This document shows, piece after piece, positions 16,677-24,000 of a stretch of DNA of 24,000 bases. Origin of the DNA: Psychromonas sp. MME1 (GTDB lineage: Bacteria; Pseudomonadota; Gammaproteobacteria; Enterobacterales; Psychromonadaceae); NCBI RefSeq assembly GCF_041080865.1, contig NZ_CP160906.1, forward strand, positions 3,037,629-3,061,628, given 5' to 3'. The notes under the pieces are model-generated. The model saw nothing but the letters and a program-made list of their open reading frames with translations. It made no database searches and was not told where the DNA came from. The position numbers and the translations under genes are program-made. The number at the start of each line of letters is the position of its first letter. The first letter of the stretch is position 1.

Positions 16677-16804
16677 AATGGTAACCTGTTGATCATGTTA
16701 TAAGGGCTGTTACTTTAGCAAAAGGTAGCACTAAGGTCACTTGTTGATTTACTCATGATGAAAGCAAATATTGTTGTGCTATCGGTTGGTTTCGCTTCTA
16801 CTGA

Positions 16805-18124
16805 TTAACGCATCTCAAACAACTCTTCATGAAAATGGTGAAGATCATAATTTAAGGTTTTTAGATCACATTTGAGTGCGTGGGAGAATTTAGTGGGCCC
16901 ACAAAACCAAATTTTGTATTGAGTAATATTGCCCAACTCTTTATTTAATTGGGTAACAGTTAAAAATGGATCAAGTCTATTATTAATAACCTTTAGTGTG
17001 ACGTTGGCTTGTGTCGCCTGTGCTTGCAGTGTGTGTAAAAAGTCGTTATCAGGTGTTTCAGTACAATAATAGAGTACCACTTTTTGATCGCTACTAATCT
17101 TTCCTCTCTCTTGTAAAATAGCCTTGAAAGCGGCGATACCAATGCCGCCTGCTATCCATAATTGCGGGCCAGCTTCTGCAAAATTAAAACAGCCGTAGGG
17201 GCCTTCGACCTTAACTTGTTGACCAACACTGACATGCTCTTTAAGTTTACTGGTGAAATCTCCCAATTCTTTAATTAAAAAAGAAAGTTTTCCCTGTTGA
17301 TGGTCTGCCGATGCAATCGTAAAAGGGTGCGCCTCCTCACCGGGGAATTGAATAAATGCAAATTGTCCGCTTTTATGGCCATGCCAGTTGGGCGTCTGTA
17401 GTGTTAAATCCAGCACTTTATTGATGGCGTTATAAGTAGCGCTAACAATGGTGGCTGAATGTTGCTTACTTTTGCCTATTTGACCGAATAAACTCCAGAG
17501 AGCGGCGCATGACCCTAGAGTGATAAATGTCAATGCAATATAGGTGATAGGATAGGGCCAATAGGCATGTTTTATGAGGATCGCTGAATGAAAGGCAATC
17601 GCGAGAAAACAGATCGATATCAGACGGTGAGTTATTTTAAAGTTTTTGTATTTGATGGCGCTGAGTAGCGAGATTGCCACTAATATAACAAAGCCGTAGA
17701 AGCTATATTCACCGATTGATTCTGCGATCCCCCTAAGTGGTTTGATCAGGGAATATAAAGATTGCTCATTAAAAGGCCCATTGCCTTTTTCTGGCCGCGC
17801 TAATAGTTGCCATTGTACTAAATATTTGGGAATAATAGCTAATAACCAGTGCACGATGGCCATAGTGACTGAGGCTATACCAAGGTGTTTATGTAAGCGA
17901 AAAGATTTATCTAAACCATGGGTTTGACGTTCAATAAATCTTAAACGCATTGCTAGTAGCATAGCGATGCTCATTAAGGTGACAGAAATGAGCCCTGTGA
18001 TTTGTATTAGTGCGCTGCGCAGTTGAAAGAAATTGTGATAGGGCAAGAAATCTGTTTCAGCTTGTAGCCAGAAACAAGTTAGAAAAATTAATAACAATAC
18101 AAGAAAATAATAAAGCTTACGCAT
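16805..18124 (-). CDS. Ferric-reductase/NOX-like flavocytochrome (6-TM bis-haem domain fused to FAD- and NAD(P)H-binding domains)
   Basis: From the ATG at 18124 (MRKLYYFLVLLL...; the 46 upstream codons in the track ORF look like spurious extension). Two TM helices carry paired histidines, HKHLGIASVTMAIVH and HRLISICFLAIAFH. The cytoplasmic half has the HPFTIAS, GPYG, AGGIGIAAF and FCGP motifs of the ferredoxin-NADP reductase-type dehydrogenase domain. Confidence 0.85.
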   Translation of the reverse strand: MRKLYYFLVLLLIFLTCFWLQAETDFLPYHNFFQLRSALIQITGLISVTLMSIAMLLAMRLRFIERQTHGLDKSFRLHKHLGIASVTMAIVHWLLAIIPKYLVQWQLLARPEKGNGPFNEQSLYSLIKPLRGIAESIGEYSFYGFVILVAISLLSAIKYKNFKITHRLISICFLAIAFHSAILIKHAYWPYPITYIALTFITLGSCAALWSLFGQIGKSKQHSATIVSATYNAINKVLDLTLQTPNWHGHKSGQFAFIQFPGEEAHPFTIASADHQQGKLSFLIKELGDFTSKLKEHVSVGQQVKVEGPYGCFNFAEAGPQLWIAGGIGIAAFKAILQERGKISSDQKVVLYYCTETPDNDFLHTLQAQATQANVTLKVINNRLDPFLTVTQLNKELGNITQYKIWFCGPTKFSHALKCDLKTLNYDLHHFHEELFEMR

Positions 18125-18340
18125 GTTCAATGTCCATTGTGGGTTTATATTAATTATAGCGCTGCAAACCACGCGTAGTGTCAAGCTATGTAAATATTGA
18201 GTAAAGATGCGTATCGGTTTGAGGTGGTCAACTATTCGCACATTGACTACATTATTGACCACTTTAATTACAACACCTTGTTACGCGGCTATGCTAAAGT
18301 GATGACAAATAATCGTTTTCTTAATTGTTAAGGTTAGGTT

Positions 18341-20737
18341 GTGTTTGCCAAAGGTTCATTTATTTCTCGTTTCATCAATAAATATTGGGTAACTAATCAG
18401 TATGTGCCGCTGCGGGTGGTCGATGAGTTGAAGTTGGATCTCAAGCGCCCCATTATTTATGTGCTCGCGCAGAATTGTGCCAATGATCTCTTGCGGCTAC
18501 AGGCGAGTTGTTTACAAGCCGGGTTAGCAGACCCTTATCAATCTATTGATGTTAATGGGGAACGTATCAGTGCAATTGTCTTTATCGATGATTGGTATCT
18601 CTTTTCATCGCGCGCTGGACAGGCTAAAAATAGTGCGCAAGATGCTCCCTATTTAAGACAATATGAACAGCTATTAAGGCTTCATCAACAGGATCCTGAC
18701 TTAGATATTCAATTAGTGCCAATCACGCTCTATTGGGGGCGGCATCCCGGTAAGCAGAACAAAAAATCTTGGCTAAATTCAGTCGATAAAGCGCACCTTG
18801 GTGCGTTGCATAAATCGCTAATTGTTTTAAAAAATGGCAAAGATCATTTCATACGTTTTAATCCGCCCATCTCAATGGCGGCACTTTGTCAGCGAGAAAA
18901 GTCTGCGCCACATTTTGCTGATAAATTAGCTAGAGTGGCAATGCGTTATTTTGCTCAGCAAAAACGCACCAGTGTCGGGCCGCGGTTAGCAAATCGGGAT
19001 GCCATGATAAACGCTATTTTAGAGAATAAAAATATGCGCCGCGTGATCCAGCAAACCGCTCTGCTTGAGCAATGCAGTGAAGCGAAAGTGGCAGCGCAAT
19101 GTCGACTCTATTTAAAGGAGATAAGTGCGCATTTTTCCTATACTTGGTTGCGCCTATTTAGAGGAATATTGAGTACATTCTGGAACCATATTTACCATGG
19201 TATTGAGGTGCATCATGCGCAAAATGTGCGCGATGCTTGCCAAAGTGGTGCTGAGATAATCTATATGCCATGCCATCGTAGCCATATGGATTATCTCCTG
19301 CTTTCATATATTTTATTCGAGCAGGGGCTAGTACCTCCCCATGTAGCGGCAGGAGTGAATCTTAACTTTTTTCCTGCGGGGGCTATTTTTAGGCGTTCTG
19401 GTGCCTTTTTTATACGTCGCTCCTTTAAAGGTCAGCCTCTTTATGGAGAGGTCTTTAAATCCTATTTTGCGATGTTATTTAAACAGGGCTATCCCATCGA
19501 GTTTTTTACCGAGGGGGGACGTAGCCGTACTGGGCGTTTATTGCCTGCAAAAAAGGGACTGTTAGCGATTGCTTTGCAAACCTATGTTAATCAACCAAAA
19601 CGCAATGTCTGTATCGTTCCTGTGTATATCGGATATGATCATATCATGGAAGTGAATACTTACAATAAAGAGCTTTTAGGGGCGCGAAAACGGACAGAGA
19701 GTCTATTGCAAATAATAAAAAGCATCAAAAATCTAAGCAACTTTGGGCGCGTTTTTGTTAATTTCGGAGAACCAATAAACCTTAAACAATGTTTAGATGA
19801 AAGCGTCCCAAATTGGCAACGTTCAGGCTTAACGACAGCGCAATTGACGGGACAAGTTGCTCATGTTGCGGATCGGGTGATGGTTGCGATCAATGCTGCG
19901 GCAGCGGTTAATGGTCTGCCATTATGTGCACTACTTTTGCTTGCCAATAAAACGTTATCAGTGCCCAAGGCGGTATTTCTTCACTATATTAGTGTGCATC
20001 AGCATTTGTTAATGCTGTTTAAAAAAGAGAACAAGCAAATCACCCATGTAATGGGAAGTGCCAACCATATCTATCAACAAGCGTTAGCCCTAGGTAAATT
20101 TAGCGAACAGGGGGGGCTGGTTACTTGTTCACGCTCAGAAGCGGCAATGTTGAGTTATTATCGTAATAATATAGTGCACCTCTTTGCGCTCTCTAGTTTG
20201 TTGTGCCACTGTATTATTTTTTTGCAAAAACAGGGAAAGTGGATCAACGCGATGACGATAGCTGATGCGGGTAAAAACGTGATTCATCTTTTGCAGAATG
20301 AGTATTTTTTAGATAAGCGGCAACCTTGGAGTGAAATAGTAGAGAAGGGGCTAATTCAACTGCAAGGCATTGGCGTTGTCGCCTTAAAGGGAGATGATTA
20401 TCAAATTGAAGATGATAAATTGCTGCGCTTACTAGCCAATCACTTGCAAGAGACCTTTTTACGTTATCAACAATGTTTACGGCAGCTGTTATCCTTATCG
20501 TCAAACTGGCAGAAGGTTGATGCTGATGATGTCGCTTTATCTTGCCAAGAAAGGTTACAGGGCATCAGTTTTGAGCCCTTTGATAAAAAATCGGTCGCAC
20601 CATTTTTACAGACCTTACAAAAATGTTACCCTAAATTTATTAATCAACAGCAAGCGCAGGCGTTAATGGATTTTTTTAGCGCGAATGCAGGTGATGGGCA
20701 GTCTACTAATTGGCATCATTATGGTCTAGTAAAATGA
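18341..20737 (+). CDS. plsB: Glycerol-3-phosphate 1-O-acyltransferase
   Basis: 798 aa with a GTG start. It carries the acyltransferase motif HRSHMDYLLLSY and the FFIRRSF...FTEGGRSRTGRLL blocks of PlsB. The N-terminus RPIIYVL...DLLRLQASCL parallels E. coli PlsB (RPIMYVL...DLLTLRAQCL). Confidence 0.95.
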   Translation: MFAKGSFISRFINKYWVTNQYVPLRVVDELKLDLKRPIIYVLAQNCANDLLRLQASCLQAGLADPYQSIDVNGERISAIVFIDDWYLFSSRAGQAKNSAQDAPYLRQYEQLLRLHQQDPDLDIQLVPITLYWGRHPGKQNKKSWLNSVDKAHLGALHKSLIVLKNGKDHFIRFNPPISMAALCQREKSAPHFADKLARVAMRYFAQQKRTSVGPRLANRDAMINAILENKNMRRVIQQTALLEQCSEAKVAAQCRLYLKEISAHFSYTWLRLFRGILSTFWNHIYHGIEVHHAQNVRDACQSGAEIIYMPCHRSHMDYLLLSYILFEQGLVPPHVAAGVNLNFFPAGAIFRRSGAFFIRRSFKGQPLYGEVFKSYFAMLFKQGYPIEFFTEGGRSRTGRLLPAKKGLLAIALQTYVNQPKRNVCIVPVYIGYDHIMEVNTYNKELLGARKRTESLLQIIKSIKNLSNFGRVFVNFGEPINLKQCLDESVPNWQRSGLTTAQLTGQVAHVADRVMVAINAAAAVNGLPLCALLLLANKTLSVPKAVFLHYISVHQHLLMLFKKENKQITHVMGSANHIYQQALALGKFSEQGGLVTCSRSEAAMLSYYRNNIVHLFALSSLLCHCIIFLQKQGKWINAMTIADAGKNVIHLLQNEYFLDKRQPWSEIVEKGLIQLQGIGVVALKGDDYQIEDDKLLRLLANHLQETFLRYQQCLRQLLSLSSNWQKVDADDVALSCQERLQGISFEPFDKKSVAPFLQTLQKCYPKFINQQQAQALMDFFSANAGDGQSTNWHHYGLVK

Positions 20738-20843
20738 TGCAACGCTGTTATCTATTATTTTAACCAACAAGATAGTTATGCGGATTAGTATCTATTTACT
20801 GTGATAAAATAACGCGATTCATGAATAACAGGGAGTAATAACT

Positions 20844-21245
20844 ATGTTGATGACGGGGCAAGAATTAGTCGCATCTTTACAAGGAAAAGTGCACGAAATT
20901 TCCGTAGATAAGCTGAACATCATTATCCAAGATGATCCGCAAACATTATTGATAGATATACGTGAAAAGCATGAAACGGATGTAGGTTATGCCCGTGATG
21001 CTATCTTAATACCCCGTGGCGTGTTAGAGATGCAACTTAATAACAACGCGATTATCAACGAACGAATCGCCTCGCTTACATTAACTGCTCTGCAGCCTAT
21101 TTATTTAATTTGTCGCTCTGGCGCACGCTCAGTATTGGCCGCTCATTCACTACAGCAGATGGGGTTTAGCGATGTTTATTCGGTTGCTGGTGGTTTTTTG
21201 GCGTGGCAAGCGGCTAAGTACCCATGTGCAGTAGACAGCCAATAA
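20844..21245 (+). CDS. Single-domain rhodanese-like sulfurtransferase
   Basis: 133 aa with the active-site loop CRSGARS and a C-terminal GGFLAWQ, typical of rhodanese domains. A GGGAG Shine-Dalgarno lies upstream. Confidence 0.8.
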   Translation: MLMTGQELVASLQGKVHEISVDKLNIIIQDDPQTLLIDIREKHETDVGYARDAILIPRGVLEMQLNNNAIINERIASLTLTALQPIYLICRSGARSVLAAHSLQQMGFSDVYSVAGGFLAWQAAKYPCAVDSQ

Positions 21246-21251
21246 ATTGAG

Positions 21252-21890
21252 ATGATGACCCCCTATAATATTTTAAAATGTGATTTGTCTTTTCAAGAGG
21301 AGATCAAGAAAAGCCGTTTTATTACCTATTTAGCTGCTGCTCAAGGGAAACAACAGGCGCTTGAATATCTGCAATCGATAAAAGAGCAACATAGAGAGGC
21401 GCGTCATCACTGTTGGGCTTATATTGGCGCGTCTCCTCAAAATAGCACGATCATGGGCTGTAGTGATGATGGTGAGCCCAAGGGCACAGCCGGTAAACCG
21501 ATGTTGGCGGTTTTGCAGGGGTATAATGTCGGCGAAATCGTTGCAGTGGTGGTCCGTTATTCTGGGGGCATAAAGCTAGGGACGGGCGGTTTAGTGCGAG
21601 CCTACTCTAATGGCTTGCAACAATTAGGGATGCAGCTAGAGACAATTGAAAAGCGTTTTTATCAGCAATATCAAGTAGAGTGTGATTATGCTCAAATGGC
21701 AACTATTGAGAGTTTGCTAACCGCGGGTAGCGCTCGCATTGTTGAGATTAACTATTTACAATCGGTAAAGGCGATTATTGAAATTGATATACAATATGAG
21801 CAACAATTCATAGAGCAGTTGATTGCATTAACACAAGGAAAAGTTATGCCAGTAAAAATTATATCACCGCCAAATGCTATGAGAGAGTAG
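21252..21890 (+). CDS. yigZ: IMPACT family protein YigZ
   Basis: EEIKKSRFITYL...ARHHCWAYI...SDDGEPKGTAGKPML...VVVRYSGGIKLGTGGLVRAY is colinear with E. coli YigZ. It lies immediately upstream of trkH, as in E. coli. Confidence 0.9.
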   Translation: MMTPYNILKCDLSFQEEIKKSRFITYLAAAQGKQQALEYLQSIKEQHREARHHCWAYIGASPQNSTIMGCSDDGEPKGTAGKPMLAVLQGYNVGEIVAVVVRYSGGIKLGTGGLVRAYSNGLQQLGMQLETIEKRFYQQYQVECDYAQMATIESLLTAGSARIVEINYLQSVKAIIEIDIQYEQQFIEQLIALTQGKVMPVKIISPPNAMRE

Positions 21891-21891
21891 A

Positions 21892-23349
21892 GTGGCTTTT
21901 CGTTCTATTATTCGTATTGTCGGCATGTTGATTGCCCTGTTTAGTTTAACGATGTTACCACCTGTATTTGTCGCTTCATTATATGATGGCAAGGGTGGCG
22001 GTGATTTTCTTGCTGCATTTATTGTTACGCTATTGATTGGTCTTTTGTTATGGGCTCCCAATAGAGGTTGGAAAAAAGAGCTAAAAGTACGAGAAGGCTT
22101 TGTTATTGTTGTGCTTTTTTGGGCTACGCTAGGCAGTGTTGGGGCGATTCCATTTTTAATGAGTTCGAGCATTGATATGAACATGGCCGCCGCCTTTTTT
22201 GAGTCCTTTTCAGGCTTAACAACGACCGGGGCGACGGTTATTGAAAATCTTGATGGGTTGCCTAAATCGATTATTTTTTATCGACAAATGCTGCAATGGT
22301 TTGGAGGCATGGGGATCATTGTCTTGGCTGTTGCCGTGTTACCGATGCTTGGCATTGGTGGTATGCAGCTATATCGTGCAGAAACACCGGGACCTGTTAA
22401 AGACTCAAAGATGACCCCGCGCATTGCTGAAACGGCGAAAGCGCTTTGGTATGTTTACCTCTGCTTAACGGTTGCTTGTATGTTGGCATTCTGGTTAGCG
22501 GGGATGAGTTTGTTTGATGCGTTGGGGCATAGTTTTTCAACGGTTTCTATTGGCGGTTTTTCTACCCATGATGCTAGCATTGGCTACTTCGATAGCCATT
22601 TAATTAATTTTATTACGGTGATCTTTTTACTTATTTCAGGCATTAACTACGCGTTACATTTTACCGCTTTCTCTGCTAAAAAATTCTCGCTCGATATCTA
22701 CAGAGAGGATCCTGAAGTCCGCGCCTTTATCTTTATTCAAGTGCTCTTAACCACCATCTGTTTTACGATGTTAATGAATCATCATGTCTATGATTCCATT
22801 GAAACTGCCTTTTCACAGGCGCTATTTCAGGCCGTTTCTATCTCGACAACGGCGGGATTTACGACGACCTCTTTTGCTGATTGGCCTCTGTTTTTACCGG
22901 TGTTACTGGTTATTTCTAGCTTTATTGGTGGTTGTGCGGGGTCAACGGGCGGGGGGTTGAAAGTTATACGCGTATTATTACTTAATTTGCAGGGACTGCG
23001 TGAATTAAAACGATTAGTACACCCCAAAGCGGTCTACAAAATAAAAATTGGTGATAAGGCGTTGCCAGATCGCGTCGTGGAAGCTGTCTGGGGATTCTTC
23101 TCAACCTATGCATTGGTTTTTATTGTGTGTATGCTAGCCCTGCTCATGACTGGAATGGATGAACTAAGTTCTTTTTCTGCAACGGCTGCGATGCTGAATA
23201 ATTTAGGGCCGGGGCTGGGGGTAGTCGCTCTTCATTTTAATGAAGTAGCTGACTCTTCTAAATGGATCATGATTTTAGCAATGCTCTTTGGGCGTTTAGA
23301 GATATTCACTTTGCTAGTCTTATTTACGCCCGTTTTTTGGAAAAATTAA
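21892..23349 (+). CDS. trkH: Trk-system potassium uptake protein TrkH
   Basis: 485 aa with a GTG start 1 nt after the yigZ stop. The N-terminus (M)AFRSIIRIVGMLIALFSLTML matches E. coli TrkH (MHFRAITRIVGLLVILFSGTM). The protein is polytopic and has the repeated selectivity-filter-like GG motifs. Confidence 0.95.
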   Translation: MAFRSIIRIVGMLIALFSLTMLPPVFVASLYDGKGGGDFLAAFIVTLLIGLLLWAPNRGWKKELKVREGFVIVVLFWATLGSVGAIPFLMSSSIDMNMAAAFFESFSGLTTTGATVIENLDGLPKSIIFYRQMLQWFGGMGIIVLAVAVLPMLGIGGMQLYRAETPGPVKDSKMTPRIAETAKALWYVYLCLTVACMLAFWLAGMSLFDALGHSFSTVSIGGFSTHDASIGYFDSHLINFITVIFLLISGINYALHFTAFSAKKFSLDIYREDPEVRAFIFIQVLLTTICFTMLMNHHVYDSIETAFSQALFQAVSISTTAGFTTTSFADWPLFLPVLLVISSFIGGCAGSTGGGLKVIRVLLLNLQGLRELKRLVHPKAVYKIKIGDKALPDRVVEAVWGFFSTYALVFIVCMLALLMTGMDELSSFSATAAMLNNLGPGLGVVALHFNEVADSSKWIMILAMLFGRLEIFTLLVLFTPVFWKN

Positions 23350-23351
23350 CA

Positions 23352-23873
23352 ATGACGATGAAAACCCTTGTTTTATACTCATCGGTGGATGGGCAAACAT
23401 TAAAAATAGTAAATCATATCAATACCTTGGTTGATGATGAATTTGTAATCATCAATATCGATAATAACCCCGAAATTGATTTTAGTCAGTATCATAAAGT
23501 GCTCATTGGTGCATCTATTCGTTATGGTAATTTGCGTAAAAATATAATCGATTTTGTTAACCAACATAAAGCACAATTAGATTTATTACCCAATGCCTTT
23601 TTTTTAGTCTGTTTAACGGCGCGTAAGCCTGAAAAAGCGACGCCTGCTAATAATACCTATATGATTAAATTCACCCAGCAGTCCCATTGGCAACCGCGTT
23701 TGAAGGGCGTTTTTGCAGGGGCGTTGCTCTATTCCCGTTATAATTGGTGGCAAACCCTGCTGATTCAATTGATTATGAAAATGACAGGTGGCAGCACCGA
23801 TAAGCGCCAAGATATCGAATTAACTGACTGGGCAAAAGTAAAGGCGTTTAGTAAAGACTTTTCTGCTTTATAA
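23352..23873 (+). CDS. hemG: Menaquinone-dependent protoporphyrinogen IX dehydrogenase (flavodoxin-like)
   Basis: From ATG 23352 (or 23358) the product reads M(TM)KTLVLYSSVDGQTLKI..., matching E. coli HemG (MKTLILFSTRDGQTREI). Its position after trkH is conserved. The track ORF start at 23262 overlaps trkH and is unlikely. Confidence 0.9.
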   Translation: MTMKTLVLYSSVDGQTLKIVNHINTLVDDEFVIINIDNNPEIDFSQYHKVLIGASIRYGNLRKNIIDFVNQHKAQLDLLPNAFFLVCLTARKPEKATPANNTYMIKFTQQSHWQPRLKGVFAGALLYSRYNWWQTLLIQLIMKMTGGSTDKRQDIELTDWAKVKAFSKDFSAL

Positions 23874-23941
23874 TCTGTTTTATACGCTATTTAATATGCA
23901 CCTTACAAGCTTCATCGGCTCACTGTTTAGCATGTAGGTTT

Positions 23942-23979
23942 TTGCATTTTGTTGGCTAACGGGTATACAATACGCGCCC
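23942..23979 (+). promoter_or_regulatory. Possible stringently controlled (rrn P1-like) promoter reading out of the window
   Basis: TTGCAT (23942-23947), a 16-nt spacer, TATACA (23964-23969; alternatively TACAAT at 23966-23971), then a GC-rich discriminator-like CGCGCCC. In E. coli, hemG is followed by an rRNA operon. No rRNA sequence is visible in the window. Confidence 0.25.
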
Positions 23980-24000
23980 TTTAATGCTTCTTAACTAGGC

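Noticed and set aside
18125-18262. 46-codon N-terminal extension of the NOX-like ORF in the track
   Set aside because: The extension has no hydrophobic or signal character and starts at a non-ATG codon. The ATG at 18124 (MRKLYYFLVLLL) opens directly into the first TM helix.
18224-18262. 8-bp inverted repeat GTGGTCAA...TTGACCAC in the NOX-like/plsB divergent spacer
   Set aside because: An 8-bp inverted repeat with free spacing is expected by chance at appreciable frequency in a ~216-bp region. There is no supporting positional argument.
21864-22184. 106-aa minus-strand ORF spanning the yigZ/trkH junction
   Set aside because: It is antisense to the well-supported TrkH N-terminus, has no RBS, and is a low-complexity S/P/T-rich product.
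1-24000. Search for mobile elements, defence islands, toxin-antitoxin pairs, CRISPR arrays, integrase or attachment sites
   Set aside because: No transposase, integrase, nuclease, helicase or methylase-like ORFs are present. There are no spacer-repeat arrays and no tRNA gene to serve as an integration target. Every ORF over 100 aa is accounted for by a housekeeping or yjf-cluster assignment.

Overview
Low-GC gammaproteobacterial chromosomal DNA, judged from orthologue similarity to E. coli proteins and AT-rich codon use (possibly a marine Alteromonadales- or Vibrionales-like organism). The window is almost entirely housekeeping genes arranged in E. coli-like synteny blocks. In order: pit (partial) and its DUF47 partner (-); ygiF (+, apparently frameshifted); an MCP (+); a four-gene yjfI-yjfJ(PspA/IM30)-yjfK-orf112 operon (-); glnE (+); lpxL (-); menE-menC-alr-dnaB-dgkA (all -); a NOX/ferric-reductase-like flavocytochrome (-); plsB (+); and rhodanese-yigZ-trkH-hemG (+). 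I found no rRNA, tRNA, CRISPR array, transposase, integrase, phage gene or recognisable defence gene. Four things are not explained by core gene content. (1) About 3.9 kb (MCP plus the PspA-like YjfJ operon ending in a small protein with two ribbon-helix-helix-like motifs) sits between ygiF and glnE, which are direct neighbours in E. coli. (2) A 65-nt non-coding element occurs twice at about 88 percent identity (3461-3525 and, inverted, 10344-10409); the second copy lies inside one of two tandem ~100-nt imperfect palindromes that fill the glnE/lpxL convergent spacer. (3) A NOX-like gene is inserted between dgkA and plsB. (4) A +1 frame break lies inside the CHAD domain of ygiF. I do not see convincing evidence for a wholly new multi-gene system. 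The YjfJ-type cluster and the repeated intergenic element are the best candidates for follow-up.
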